Notes under the pieces: generated by a model
The model's database searches: none
What the model was told of the DNA's origin: nothing
The model's input: the letters and a program-made list of their open reading frames with translations, nothing else
In this document: one piece after another, positions 25,434 through 38,777 of the stretch
How positions within the stretch are numbered: the stretch's first letter is position 1
Layout: the number at the start of each line of letters is the position of its first letter
Program-made: the position numbers and the translations under genes
From: Callorhinchus milii
Lineage: Eukaryota
Direction: 5' to 3'
NCBI RefSeq assembly: GCF_018977255.1
Contig: NW_024704742.1
Location: forward strand, 19,656,001-19,720,000
DNA length: 64,000 bases

Positions 25434-25439
25434 AATAAA
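25434..25439 (+). terminator. Candidate ETFDH poly(A) signal
   Basis: AATAAA about 1.2 kb after the stop, followed by T/GT-rich sequence. Confidence 0.4.
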
Positions 25440-25968
25440 AATGAAAATACACATCTCTTATTTTTGTGTACATAATTGTTTTGCTTTAAATTATACTTAA
25501 ACAGGCTCTGGTCAGTACTGCTCTGCCTGAGGGGACAATGGCCACAAAAGACGCAACATCCATTCGTCAGGGTGTCCATTAGAATGTATTCGTCTCTTTT
25601 ATTCTGAAAGCGACATCATGAAACAATTTTAAGAAAGAAGTAAACCATTTGGCCCAGTGATCCTAGTCTAGCATTTAATAATTAGTAATAATCTTTTAAT
25701 AATTAAAAAATCTTAATGTCAATGCACTGGGGAAAAGGGAACCAGTGGAGCCTGGCAGAGATGTGGATGATGACCCATGAGGATTGGTACCGGAACATTC
25801 TGGATGATCTGGACCTTTTGAAAGACAGGGCTGGGAAGGCCAGCAAGCAAAGCATTGCAGAAATAAAGTCTGGCTGTGATGAAGACATGGATGAGGATTG
25901 ACTGTGCTGGGTTAAGGCAAAGTTTTACGTGGAAAGTGTTTCTCTTACAGAACACTGGTGATAACCTT

Positions 25969-26257
25969 GGAGTCCTGTAGCTCAGTGGTTAGAGCACTCG
26001 CTTTGCAAGTGAGAGACCTGAGTTCAATTCCAGGCAGAGGGCGAAACCTTACTCCACACAGAGCCTAATAATAATCCAAAACACAAAAAATAATAAATTG
26101 GTCATTTTCAATCCATGACTGTTTGTGGGATACTGCAGTGCACAACTCGCCCACAAATATACAGTCAATTCACTTTACAGTATATTCTGTGAAGCGCTTT
26201 GGGATGTCTAGAAGACGTGAAAAGTGCTATATCAAATGCAAGGATTATTATTATTAT
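25969..26257 (+). mobile_element. tRNA-Ala SINE
   Basis: Nearly identical head to the 4827 copy; (TTA)n tail. Confidence 0.88.
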
Positions 26258-26588
26258 AACTGATGAGTCAGCCTGGCTCATGAGTGGGATTTGAAAGGCC
26301 AGATCATCACAGGAGCAGGGATCTTTCCCTCAGCTCCAGTTAACCATAATGGCGAAAGCTCTAATGGATCGATTGGTCGGAGCTGGATAAGCAGCAGGGA
26401 AGCTTACCAGAGATTGCTTTCATTGCAAAGCTGTGTGGTTTTAGCTGGTTAAAACCCCGACAACAATACACTAGATTCCCAAGCTTGGTTCTTGCCAATC
26501 TGCATGTGATAACTCTGATTAGCAAACATCCCTCGAGGGAGAGAGTGCACTTTCCATTCCAGAAGCAAATTTACACATGCCTCGTGGG

Positions 26589-26880
26589 ATAATAATAATC
26601 CTTGCATTTAATATACTGCTTTTCATGTCTTCTAGACGTCTCAAAGCACTTCACAGAATATGCTGTAAAGTGAATTGACCGTATATTTGTGGGCGAAACG
26701 CAGCAGCCAATTGCACACAGCAGTGTGCCACAAACAGTCGTGGATTGAAAATGACCAATTTATTATTGTTTTTGGAGGGATTATTATTAAGCGTGTGGAG
26801 TAAGGAAACTTGTCCAAGGTTTCTCCCTGCCTGGAATTGAGCCCAAGGCGACTGCTCTAACCACTGAGCTACAGGACTCC
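26589..26880 (-). mobile_element. tRNA-Ala SINE
   Basis: Reverse complement of the same family, ending gagctacaggactcc on +. Confidence 0.87.
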
Positions 26881-27175
26881 ACATGGATCTGTTTGGTTTG
26901 AATACTCTTTAGCATAATGGATTTCCACAATTGTCGACATTTAGCTAACCAAAAAAAACTTACCAAGTATATCTCCCTTTAATATTTAAAGTCACATGTA
27001 CAGAAGCTACAACTAACCAGCTTCTGTTGAGTACAAGAATAAAGAGACTTGTTTTTTTTCTATAAGACCATGTGAAGTAGTTCCATCAAATAATTACCTT
27101 TAAATGAAGCATTTGAAAGATCTAGTCCGTGTCAAAAAACCCAAAGCCAGAAATACAGAAAAAAATCTCAAATAT

Positions 27176-27181
27176 TTTATT
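27176..27181 (-). terminator. Candidate PPID poly(A) signal
   Basis: TTTATT on + (AATAAA on -) about 1.07 kb after the PPID stop. Confidence 0.4.
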
Positions 27182-28244
27182 GAGAAAACGAGCCATTTCG
27201 TTTTGTAGTTCATTGTGATATCGTGCACATGTAGCAACATTACATGCTCATTAGATTGCCAAACAATATAGGGGGTTGTTTGTACCATCAACATTAAATA
27301 TTTTCCGCTTTAATTTCACACAGCAAACAAGATATTAGACTGGGGGGCAAAACACAAATCTTAACGCAGCCCAACCAGTGGTTCACTGTATTTAAGGAGG
27401 CTTACATTTGATTGGCCTGACAGCAATTTGTCAACGGCACCTTTCAGTTGTGAGAAATGAATAAGAAAATTGTTGGTGAATACAGTAGAATATGCCTGAC
27501 GTGCAAGGCATACTATATTTTTTTAACACTGAAACTTGGAAGTGATTCTTCTACACGAAAACATTCTAGGAAATCATTTACAGAAGTAACAATCTCTTCA
27601 GAGACAGACAAAAAACATCGATGCATGTACAGGATACTAACCAAAGAGTTACATAAACATATTAGCATATGTCACAGGGAACTGCTGAACAACTTTTGTT
27701 TCTGTCATGCTGAATTAGATAAGGCTTGAAGTTTTCCAAGTCTGTAGCTAACTCTTCTCAGTTAAGATGAAACATTTGCTCAACTATACACTGGTCTGCT
27801 CCATGTCAGGCCTTAAGTCTTTCTGACACCACCTTCTGGAACTCCATCCCAGAATCACTTTACCTCACCCATCTCCCTTACCTCCTTCAAGACCTTCCTG
27901 TTTGATTGTTAATTCGATCATCCTCCCTTGCCCTCCAGCCTTCCCAATTCCAATCCCCAGCTCAGGGGCAAACCCTTGACTGCCCAACACCTTGGGACAT
28001 CCTCCCAACATGAAAGTGCTATATAAATGTAATTTGTTGTTGTATTTACCAACAATTTTCTCACTTATTCCCATACAATACTGTATCAGCACACTTTTTC
28101 CCCTCCAATTGATTTAGTTTTGTCTAGGTCATAAACTGGCTGCAAAAACAAATTCACACGTTTTCTGAGCATCAAGACTTTAAAAAAAACATTTACGTTA
28201 ACCACACAACGGCTCATTGGAAATGCGAGTCCAGACCACAATCA

Positions 28245-28333
28245 TCAGGCGAACATTTTTGCATAAACTGCCCTCTCTTTCTCCTTCTCTTGCTTTATCT
28301 TCTGCTTCACTCGGAGTATTTCACTGTTTATGG
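28245..28333 (-). CDS. PPID: PPID (cyclophilin 40) exon 10, terminal
   Basis: INSEILRVKQKIKQEKEKERAVYAKMFA*, 89 nt. Confidence 0.95.
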
Positions 28334-28442
28334 CTAGGAATATGCGAAGGAGAAAAAAAATGTTTTCAGTTAAGGAGTTGTCCCAAAACATTTTGTATGT
28401 GATATTGAAAGGAAGTTTGTTCTTGTAAAGATTGTAGCATAC

Positions 28443-28485
28443 CTTTGTCTTCTGGTGCAACTTCTTGGGCTTTCTTAAGATCAGC
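28443..28485 (-). CDS. PPID: PPID exon 9
   Basis: ADLKKAQEVAPEDK, 43 nt, AG/GT ends. Confidence 0.94.
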
Positions 28486-29323
28486 CTATTTCAAAACAAG
28501 ATGACATAAATAATAATCTTTCCAATCGATAAAGCATCCATAATGCCAAAACATTTTAAGGAGCTTTACAGAAAATTGTTGTCTAGTGTATTTACACGTA
28601 CAGTTAATTTGCACAGTGTCCCACAAACTGCCAGGAAGCAAATGACCAATTTTATCTGTAGGATTGTTGGCCAGTGTACCTTCTAGTGTAACAGATTCTT
28701 TAACATCCGCCTGAACTGGCAATGGGACCTTGGATAATGTCTCTTCCAAAGGATGACGCCTCCAATAATGCAACCATTGCCTCAGTACTATACTGGAATG
28801 TCAGTCCAGACTATGAGCTCAAAGGTCCTGAAGAGGACATTCAAAATATTTGAATGATAGGAAAAAAAAGGTATTCAGTATTCTCTACTAAACAAGAGTG
28901 ATCCGCTGCTCACTTTGCTCAGCGAGAATCAGTGTGCTTCATGTCCCCTGCCCTATCCACCTGACCTCGGCTAGTGGGGCTTTCATCAATTCTACCCCAC
29001 GTCTCTCGAACTCCATCTGAGTCACTACAATTCATTCCTTCCCTCATCTCATTCAAGGTTGTCTCAAGACCTCTTCTGCATCTTTTTGATCATTTTTCCC
29101 TCCGCAACCCCGCTTGCTGCCACCCCCCAGTTAGCAGTGTAAAGCACTTTGGGATGTCCTCCCGATATGAAAGGCACTACCATATTTAAATGTAAATTTG
29201 TATTGTAATTTGTACTGTAAATTAATTTTAACTGACTCGTACCCCCTATTACAGCTGAACACATTTTTGTCTCATGGGTCACTGACAAAAAGAACAAATG
29301 GTAAAAATATAATGATACATTAC

Positions 29324-29410
29324 CAGAGCCTGATCATAATTCTTGAGTGCCTGCAATGCTTGAGCCCTTCTATACAACGCTTTAGTGTTTGACGGATCAA
29401 TTTCAAAAGC
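29324..29410 (-). CDS. PPID: PPID exon 8 (TPR)
   Basis: AFEIDPSNTKALYRRAQALQALKNYDQAL, 87 nt. Confidence 0.95.
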
Positions 29411-29639
29411 CTGTTAGAGAAATTAATATTAGGCATGAGATTTATTTCTACCAGAAAGCATACTGCTCATCCATATTAACATATCATCAGGCATTCCCAT
29501 TTATGGGAATCAAATGCAAGGATTATTAAATTACATCAACTGGGCAATGCAGTTGTGTCAGTAGAGACAAAGTCAAAGATACAAGATGTACCCTCACATT
29601 AAAGCTGAACGCATCACTCATAGTACATCTCAAATATAA

Positions 29640-29980
29640 AACTATAGAAATTTACAGTACAGAGAAAGGCCATTCGGGCCATCATGTTTGTGCTGGCTCT
29701 TTTGAGAATTCAATCCATTCAATCCCATTTACCTGCCTTTTCCTCATAACCCTGCAAATTACTCAATTTTAGATATCTATCTGGTTCCCTCTTGAACGAC
29801 AATGTCGATTCTGCCTCAACCACCACACCCAGCAGTGCATTCCATATCCTAACGAAGCTCCTCTGTGTGTAAAAAAAATCTTCCTAAGTCCATTTCACTC
29901 CTTTGGTAATTATCTTAAATTACCCTTCATCACTAAACCACTGAGCAGTGGAAATAATTTCTTCCCATCAACAATCAGTC
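29640..29980 (-). mobile_element. Old CR1 3' fragment
   Basis: atagaaatttacag..aggccattcgggccatc..gcattccatatcctaac resembles the 3' end of the 32548 CR1. Confidence 0.6.
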
Positions 29981-30467
29981 TACAGAGTCCCGGCTTCAGC
30001 TTGAGTTGTCTCCAGGCAGTTGATACAACAATTTGATATAAAGAAATTCTTCACCTGAAATGCGGGTGACTTTACGCTTTTTAGAAAGATGATGCGGTAG
30101 TTTAAAAAACAACTCATGATGTTGGAAAATATTGCTAATGATTAAAAAAAGTTTCAGGAAATAAAAAACATGTCCATGAATGTTTTGCGTTTCATAAGCT
30201 TCAAAGATAGCATTTTTTTTCCTTCTAAAAAACACATCAAGTATTAATGCTACAGAAATACCAATACTGGTGAGGCTTTAACCAGAAAACACTCCTAAAC
30301 GCCTATTTTCTAAAAACAAAAATTTCTAAAATTAACAAGGCAATACGACATTTGTCTAGATTGTCAACCTTCAAGATGTACCATAAGTGATTTAACTTAG
30401 CAATGTAACAAGTCTAATTTGTGTACTGTTAAAAGTTTTGCAATTTAATGAAAGACCTGGCACTGAC

Positions 30468-30618
30468 CGTATCACAATTCTCAATAGCTCCAGTCCAGTC
30501 ACACAGTTTCAGCTGGCAGGCTGCTTGGTTCAGATTGCAACTCACTGCAAGATCTTCCAACTTTTTATATGAGGAATTTTCTTCATCATCCTTTTCAATT
30601 CCAAAATTACTCACATAT
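30468..30618 (-). CDS. PPID: PPID exon 7 (TPR)
   Basis: YVSNFGIEK..LAVSCNLNQAACQLKLCDWTGAIENCDT, 151 nt, phase-consistent. Confidence 0.92.
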
Positions 30619-31251
30619 CTTCAGGAGTTCAGAGGAGGAGAGAAAAATAAGTTATTTCAATCATCTACGGCCGGTTTGTAGGGCAGTTCTGAAGTAACAA
30701 GCTTAGGTTCAGAACAGTTACAGTGGTTATGATCAGTGGGTCACCATCATGACTTAACTGTTCCACAATAAAGTTTAAAAATTAGTAAAGTACACTTGAA
30801 TATTCAAGACCATAATATCCAAGCAACCATTTCAAAATGGTTCACATTTTTTTCAATACTCCACTCTCACCTTGCTCTCTGCCCGAACCATTATTTTGTT
30901 GTTCTTTACTTGCAAGTAGCAAACAGTACAACACCCGTAAAATTCCCTTCCCAAATGTACAAATGCTTCAACCTGACAACCCAGGCTAAAGTATTTCTTG
31001 AAGAGTGTAAAGGAACATGGCATTGACTTGACTCTACAGCCCCTTCTACTAATTTTATGGTAGCGTTTTATCTTTCTAATCCCTTTCATCCCTATCCTTC
31101 ATCATTCAATTTATCTATTTCCCAAGGACCTCTCTATCAAGCTCTTAACTTTGTAAAGCAACACATGTCAAAATAAAGGAAGCTTTGTTGGTATGGAGAT
31201 GCATCATCTTATCATTCTAGTACACTGGGTCTAAAGCAAGAATATAAGCAC

Positions 31252-31358
31252 CTTAAAGCCTTGGCGTACTTCGTGAGGGCCATATTCCAGTCTTGGCATT
31301 TAAATAAGTTGTTACCAATATTCTTCAAGTCTTCTGCAATAGCTATAATTTTATCAAC
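31252..31358 (-). CDS. PPID: PPID exon 6 (TPR)
   Basis: VDKIIAIAEDLKNIGNNLFKCQDWNMALTKYAKAL, 107 nt. Confidence 0.95.
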
Positions 31359-32547
31359 CTGTTCACAATGAAAATCAAAAATAATGCTTCATTAGTTTGC
31401 ATAAGTTCATTAGCATAACCAGTTTATGTTGTAGCCAAAACAAAGGAGAAAGCCACATAACCAACTCTGATTTTATATATCAAATGTTTACAGATTTTAC
31501 TGACTTCTTTTTCAGCTACTTTCCACATCCAGGCTCCGTTAACCATTAGCCTGACACATATAGATTTCTACTCTGCACTCAAAATGGATTTTCAGGCAGC
31601 TAAACATCAGACAGGCTCGCTGAATGGGCAAACTGGAGTAACTTAAGTAACAAATCTGAAATGAAGCATCACTTACTTCAAACCTACGCCTACAGATGGG
31701 GGTGGAGGAGAGAAGGAGAGAAAATAAATAATCTCTTTACTATTTTATTACAAAGACAGTGAAGGGCAAGAGAAAATGAAAACATTCAAATCCCCCAGTT
31801 GCTCCTGCTATTTTATTGCAGCTGAAAACAAAAGTGTCATCATCCTCTCAAACTCTCCTCAGATAAAGGCACAATCCCAATGGGGGTAGAGACAAGGTCA
31901 TGTTGATTCCCTTTTGCATTTCCAAATTAAAACTTAATTACCTTAACTGAGGCAATCATGTTTAATCAAACAGTATGATCAAGTGAGAGGGGATCATTGC
32001 CAACCAATGTATTCTGCCCATTTAGATTTTTGTTATAATACTCTATCTGCTTTTATAAGAAAAAAAATCTGGAGAAAAATTCTCTACTGATACAAAACTC
32101 TAAGGTCTGCACAATTTCATTGAAATGCAACCCTTAAACAGATTTTTCAGCTGGTCTGTGACACATTTTACATATTTATATTTTAAAAGGACACGGGTTC
32201 AGTCTCTAATCCATGCTCTGGTAACGAACTCAGCCAGGGCAGCAATAGGAACACACAATGAACTCCCTCTTGATTCGAGAGGGAGAAAAATAAACTTAGC
32301 TTGGACTCTAGTGCACATATATAGAGGAGAGATCAGGATTGGTTAAGGTTGTGGAAATCTCATGATCAATCAGGTGTGTGGCAATGGTTATCAAGATTGA
32401 CACATGAAGAATGGTCACTGGGTGAGGTCTTGAAACCCAATACCTATGTAACATTCCCCACAGTGTGAGGCTGTGCCTTCAAGAAAAAGACAACTGGAAA
32501 AAAAATCTTTAACTGAAGAGCACAGGGAAAGACTAGTGGAGTGGGAT

Positions 32548-35500
32548 TAGAACATAAGAATTAGGAGCAGGAGTAGGCCATTCGGCCCCTCGAGCCTGTC
32601 CCGCCATTCAATAAGATCATCGCTGATCTATTCTAACTCCACCTACCCACCTTATCCCCATATCCCTTAATCCCTTTATCCACAAGAAATCTATCGATCT
32701 CAGTTATGAGCATCTACAGCCCTTTGGGGTAGAGAATTCCATAAATTCACTACCCTCTGAGTGCAGAAATTCTTCCTCAACTCAGTGCGAAAGGGCTTAC
32801 CCCTAATTTTAAGACTGTGATCCCTGGTTATAGTTTCTCCAAACAGGGGAAAAAGTCTCCCACTATCTATTAAACCTTAATAATCTTATAGGTTTCTATA
32901 AGATCACCTCTCATTCTTCTATATTCTAAAGAATATAGGCCTAAATTGCTCATCCGATCCTCATAACTCATCCCTGGTACCAACCTACCACCCTCCAAGG
33001 TTTCTTAAATAAGACCAAACTTACAAAAAACAATACTCTGGGTGCCGTCTAACCAGGGCCCTGTATAGTTGCAGCAAGACTTCCCTACTCTTATATCTTT
33101 TTGTAACAAATGCCAACATACCGTTAGCCTTCCTAATTGGTTGCTGTACCTGCAAACTAACATTTTGTGACTGGTGTACAAGGACATCCAAGTCCCTCTG
33201 AACACTAACACTATCGAGTCTCTCCCCTTCTAAAAAATAATCTGCTCAACTGTTTTTGCCACCTTGGTGGATGACCTCACACTTTCCCACATTAGACTTC
33301 ATCTCCCACCTATTTGCCCACTCACCTAGCCTACCTATATCTCGTTGCATTTTTTTTTGTGTCATCCTCGATGTTTACTCTCCCTCCTAGTTTAGTGTCA
33401 TCCGCGAATTTGGGTTAGAATTAAGTTCGATGTCCTCATCTAGATCGTTGATGTAGATGGTAAATAGTTGAGGCCCAAGCACTGATCCTTGTGGCACTCC
33501 ACTAGTCACATCCCGCCAATCTGAGAAGGACCCGTTTATCCCTACTCTTTGTTTTCTTCCCTTTAGCCATTCTTCAATCCATGCTAATATATTCCCCTTA
33601 ATTCCATGGGCTCTAATCTTGTGAATCAACCCTTTATGCGGCACCTTATCAAATGCCTTTTGGAAATCTAAATACACTACATCCACCGATTCCCCCCCTA
33701 TCTAATCTACTTGATATGTCCTCAAAAAAATCTATAAGATTTGTTAAGCATGACTTCCCTTTTGTAAAGCCATGTTGACTCTGTCTAATCATATTGTGAT
33801 CCTCTAAGTATCCCATTACGATATCCTTAATTAAGGATTTTAGAATTTTCCCTACCACCGATGTCAAGACTAACTTGTCTATGGTTCCCCATCTTTTCTC
33901 TCCCACCCTTCTAAATAGTGACATTTGCGATCTTCCAATCAATGGGAACTATTCCAGAATCCATCTGCACAAAACAAGGTCTAGGATGGCCTGTCCCCTA
34001 GTTGGTTCCTCAGCATACTGCTCCAGAAAGCTATCTCTCATACATTCTATAAATTCCTCCTCTACCCTACTTTTGCCGATTCGGTTTTCCCAATCTATGT
34101 GAAGATTGAAATCACCCACTATTACTGTATTACCTTTGCTACATGCTCATCTAATTTCCTGATTAATACCCTGAGCTATGCTGTGATCACTTTTTGAAGG
34201 TCTATAAACTACTCCCACTAATGTTTTCTGCCCCTTATTATTTCGTAATTCTAGCCGTGCAGTCTCTACATCCTGGTTATCCGATTTGAAATCTTTCCTC
34301 TACTGTTTTTATTCTATCCTTTATTAACAAGGCTACCCCACCACCTCATTTTCCACATTGTCTATCCTTCCTATAAACTGAAAACCCTGGAATATTTAAC
34401 TCCCACCCTAGATCTCCCTGTAACCATGTCTCAGTAATGGCTACTAGATCATACCTGTTTGTATCTATCTGTGCCTTTAATTCATCTATCTTATTCCGAA
34501 TGCTTCGTGCATTCAGATACAGCAATTTTATTTTCTTACCATTTCCCTTACTCTCTGATGCCCTATCTTCTTTACTGAGCTTCTTACCCCACCTTGACCT
34601 ATTCTGTTTACCTCTCTCGCTATTCTGTTCTGCCATCTTTAGTTTTCTCAATACTGCTGGCTTGCGATTATTTCTAATTCCCGCCCTCTTTCTAGTTTAA
34701 AGCTTTATTTACCTCCCTATGTATTCGGTTTGCTAGGACATTTGTCCCAGCCCGATTTAAGTGGAGCCCATCTTTTTGAAATAGTCCCCTTTTTCCCCCC
34801 ACTTCTGGTGCCAGTGGCCCATAAAATGAAACCCCTGCGTTCCGCACCACTCCCTCAGCCATGCATTCAACTCTCGAGTTTGCTTATTCCTGTACCAATT
34901 TGCACATGTCAAAGGCAGCAATCCTGATATCACTACCTTTGATGTTCTTTGTTTTAATTTAGTTCCCAGCTCCTTAAACTCCCTCCTCAAATCATCACAA
35001 CTAACCCTACCTATGTCATTGGTATCTATGTGAAGTACCACCAATGGATCCTTGCCCTCATGTTTCGGATTCTCCTCCAGCCCCGCCCAGACGTCCTTCA
35101 CCCCGGCCCCAGGAAGGCAACAGAGTCTTCGGGTCTCCAAGTTGGAGCTGCAGATAAGTGTATCTGTCCGCCTGATAGTCTTGTCCCCAATCACTACAAC
35201 TTTATGTTTGTTTCTCCTAATATTGGAATCACGTGTTCTTTCCTCTTCACAAGCTTCCTTGTCCACACAGGTTGCAAGGATCTCGTACCTGTTGACCAAG
35301 GTTAAAGCCTGAGGCTTCACTACCACTTTCTTTGATGTTCCCTTAACCTCCTGCCTGTCAGACACCCTATCCTGTCCTTGACTGATACTATCATCTATGC
35401 ATTCCCTGAGCCTCAGGGGAGTGACTGGCTCCAGGATGAAATTATCCAGGAAGCACTCACTGTCCTGATGCTGCGCAATGTCTGCACCACGGATTCCAGC

Positions 35501-35915
35501 TCAGACACTCTGAGCTGGAGCTGCCTCAGTTGCAGACATTTGCTGTAGATGTGGTCGCCCGGGCTCAGACTGCCCTCCAACAACTCCCACGTGTTGCAGT
35601 CCTCACACAATACCTGTCACGCCATTGTCACCTCTCCCACCCCCCACTGTGAATAAAAGTTTTATTTAATTATTATTTTTTTATAAGTTAAAATCTTAAT
35701 CTTTTTTCAATTTTTTTAGTGTTGTTAATTAGTAGTTAGTGTTAGTTTACTGTTAGTCAGTAGTTCGTGTTCGCAGTTAGTTTTTGATTGTGACATTGAT
35801 CTGATGTCACTTTTTAATTTTCTCGCTGTTTTTTTATCCGAGCCTCTCCTCGCTGTGGCTTTTATCCCCACTGTTAGATCTCGGCTCAGCCCCTCGCTCT
35901 CGTGCCTCTGCTCCT
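32548..35915 (-). mobile_element. Degenerate CR1-clade LINE with ORF1 and ORF2 remnants, in PPID intron 5
   Basis: ORF1 Cys/His + Leu-zipper (CEDCNTWE..KCLQLRQLQLRVSELE) and esterase-like (VVVIGD..TND); endonuclease (YLNARSI, AITETW); RT ([36 protein letters not shown]); 3' tail ..ctcctaattcttatgttct; many frameshifts and deletions. Confidence 0.9.
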
Positions 35916-36422
35916 TGGAGGAGTTAGCTCCAGCAATGGGCTGAAAGGCCTCCTCCTGTGCTGTAATTTGTAGGATTGAAAAATGTAAAACCCTTTTCTT
36001 AGTGCCTCAGTTCAAAGCCTGCTCCTTGAACACTGGTAAATCACAGGTCTAGTGGGTTAAACTTAAACACGATTAGGTTTTTGACCTGAAAGAGAATAAT
36101 TAAACTCCACTGCTCGTGTTTTAAGACGATCCTTAGGAAATTTTTAAATTGAAGTGAATTTAAACAGATACATGAATTAAGAATCCAAAAAGCTTACCAC
36201 TGAAGCAAAATAAAAAAAATCAAGCAGTTTTCATTTTCATCCCCAACACCACTCAAAACTCCTCTCAAATCACATCCTTTGTGCTTTCTATTGAACAGCC
36301 CTCAACTGTCTTGTGCAGGTGCTTAACAATTTGAAAATCCACACCCATGTAATATTTTCTTACATACTACATACATATATACAAAGAAAGAAAAAAGGCA
36401 GAGGGAATCACAAATTACTTAC

Positions 36423-36542
36423 ATCGTCCACCTGATCATCAGCATCCTCTGGGAAATCTGGGTAAGCATCCCCTGAACCATCATTAGGAGCTAAACCCCA
36501 GTCATCACCTTCTATCTGTCCACAATCTTCTATAGCACACAG
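36423..36542 (-). CDS. PPID: PPID exon 5
   Basis: LCAIEDCGQIEGDDWGLAPNDGSGDAYPDFPEDADDQVDD, 120 nt. Confidence 0.95.
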
Positions 36543-36915
36543 CTGTGAAAAAGTAGCAAACAAAACGCTTGTATTTAGTGCATCATCTATTCAAGCAGGA
36601 TAGTTAATAGTTTCCTGACACCTCAGCACGTTTAGCCAATGAGTAGTTGAGTTACACCAATCAGAAAGTCCTCAGGCTCACTTTGCGAGGTGGAGATTAT
36701 GTACACCATAGCAACTCCCTGAGCTCAACCAACAACCTCAGCTCATTAATAAATTCACTATTGCCAAACTGACCACATTAAACCTGAACTGGTTTAAAAG
36801 GTAATAAATTAACTCCTGAACCTAAACGTCACATATCTTAAAAATGCAGTTTAATCTAGAACTAATTATTCTTCACCTCTTTACTGTGCTTTTTGGTGCA
36901 TGTTGTTTTTCTTAC

Positions 36916-37104
36916 CTTTACAGGCTTCTCGTCTTTCACCTCTATATTTTCCAGCATCTTTACCACTCTCATTCCTTTCAGCACTCGACCAAAGACCACA
37001 TGTTTGTTGTCCAGATGAGGCGTGGGGACGGTTGTGATGAAGAACTGAGAACCATTGGTGTTTGGGCCTGCATTAGCCATGCTGAGCAGCCCCTCACAAT
37101 CATG
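36916..37104 (-). CDS. PPID: PPID exon 4 (cyclophilin domain)
   Basis: [41 protein letters not shown].., 189 nt; His in place of the CypA Trp, typical of CyP40. Confidence 0.96.
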
Positions 37105-37420
37105 CTGCAAGGGGCAAGAGCAGGGAATAAACATCTAGATATGAACAACCTGCTGACATTCATTTCAAAAACATGTAGCACTATTAGAACACTTTATAAA
37201 ATATTCAGGTACTCTAAATTTTCTCTAGATCACACACAAGACTTTCCATAACCAGAGTGATTAAAGGAAAGTTTTTTTAAAAAAATGGAACAGCTATAAC
37301 TGAGAAGATACCCTTTAATTTGATGTCAAAGAAGCTCAATTTAACTCAATATCCATTACCATCTAGTATCAGTGATCCAGCTAACAATTATTCAGGCTCT
37401 CCTCAACTCATTCACTTTAC

Positions 37421-37527
37421 CTTATAATGAAAACTTTCATCTTCAAATTTCTCTCCATAAATGCTTTCTCCTCCAGTTCCATTCTGATTGGAAAAGTCTC
37501 CTCCCTGGATCATGAACTTCTTTATAA
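37421..37527 (-). CDS. PPID: PPID exon 3
   Basis: [35 protein letters not shown], 107 nt. Confidence 0.96.
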
Positions 37528-37609
37528 CTAAAAATAAAATTTGTTTAATGTATTGTCATTTTAAATTAGACAACAAACTCGTGACTGCAGAATCAAGTGA
37601 TGCACTTAC

Positions 37610-37750
37610 TCCTATGGAAAGGACAGCCTTTGAAGTGGAGTGGCTTTCCAGTTGTGGGTCCAATTCCTTTCTCTCCAGTGCATAATGCACGGAAGTTCTC
37701 AGCCGTTTTAGGGCAGACATCAGCAAACAGCTCCAGCACTAAGCGTCCAA
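37610..37750 (-). CDS. PPID: PPID exon 2
   Basis: [46 protein letters not shown], 141 nt. Confidence 0.96.
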
Positions 37751-38582
37751 CTAAAAGAGACAAACCAATGGTTTGCACATTAAAAAGCAAATCAAATCAG
37801 TACAGTACCCGTCCAGCTCAGAGCACCCTACCTTCTAGGATCTATCTCACATGTTTGAGAACATCTACAAATCTTACTGATGATCCAGACAAGCTGATCA
37901 ACAATGTCGTGGATTACTCAGACCTGTTCAGCTTGGCATTTCGCCATGGAGTCACCAAACACTGGGCAACACTATTTACCTTCTTTCCCACTGCCTCCCC
38001 CCCGATTTCATTAACTGAGCGCAGCATGAGATGGCATTAACAAGGGCTTTTATAGAATGAAGTAGATTTTAACCAATTGATTAACCAAAATCCAACGGAG
38101 ACATCCAATCTCTCAATTGACAAAGTGAGTACAGCAAAGCTCTTCTTATGCTGTGAAAAGAAGGAATGGAGGCTCCAAGTTGCATGTCTCCCAGACACAT
38201 CTACAGAAAAGTTGCCACAGGTTTGTGGCAACCAAGCGTTTATAGTGATGTCGTTTTTCTGATCCTGCGAATGTTGGCTTTTCCTATCATTGTGAAGCAG
38301 AATTCACCAAGTGATGGATTGTTCACCCACAAATATGGAATGTGAGCTGGACTTAGTCAGCTTGTGAGACAGGTTTTACCTGACTGATGATGTGTTGTTG
38401 CAATGGTAATCCTGCTCAGTTTCATTTTCAGACACCAACAGTCCACGCCCCTCCCCCCCTCCCTCCCTCCCCCCTGTGTGTAATCGTTGCTCATAGAAGG
38501 GGTTCGATTCTCCTGGTTTTTGAATCTCGCCTTTTTTAATAATTATTTCGCGTCCAAAAAAAATAAGTTTCTTTGTATTTGC

Positions 38583-38655
38583 TGGGCCTGGTCTGGGCCT
38601 GGCCTGGTCTGGGCCTGGCCTGGTCTGGGCCTGGTCTGGGCCTGGTCTGGTCTGG
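38583..38655 (+). repeat. Short tandem repeat of CTGGTCTGGGC / CTGGC units
   Basis: ctggtctgggc repeated about 5 times with ctggc variants. Confidence 0.85.
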
Positions 38656-38777
38656 GGGGGGGGGGCGGTTGCATGGTAACCAGAAGAACATGGAGGACAC
38701 CAGCAAAGGGGGAGGTGGGGGGGTATGTGCTGCCCTCTAGCTTCCTCCATGGTGTTCTGCAGCTTCACACACAATGA

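Noticed and set aside
34757..35365. 202-aa ORF as a host esterase gene
   Set aside because: It is the CR1 ORF1 remnant within a frameshifted LINE
38376..38560. PPID exon 1 candidate (..PGESNPFYE.., donor near 38378)
   Set aside because: No similarity to the NPRVFFDV motif in a phase-compatible frame
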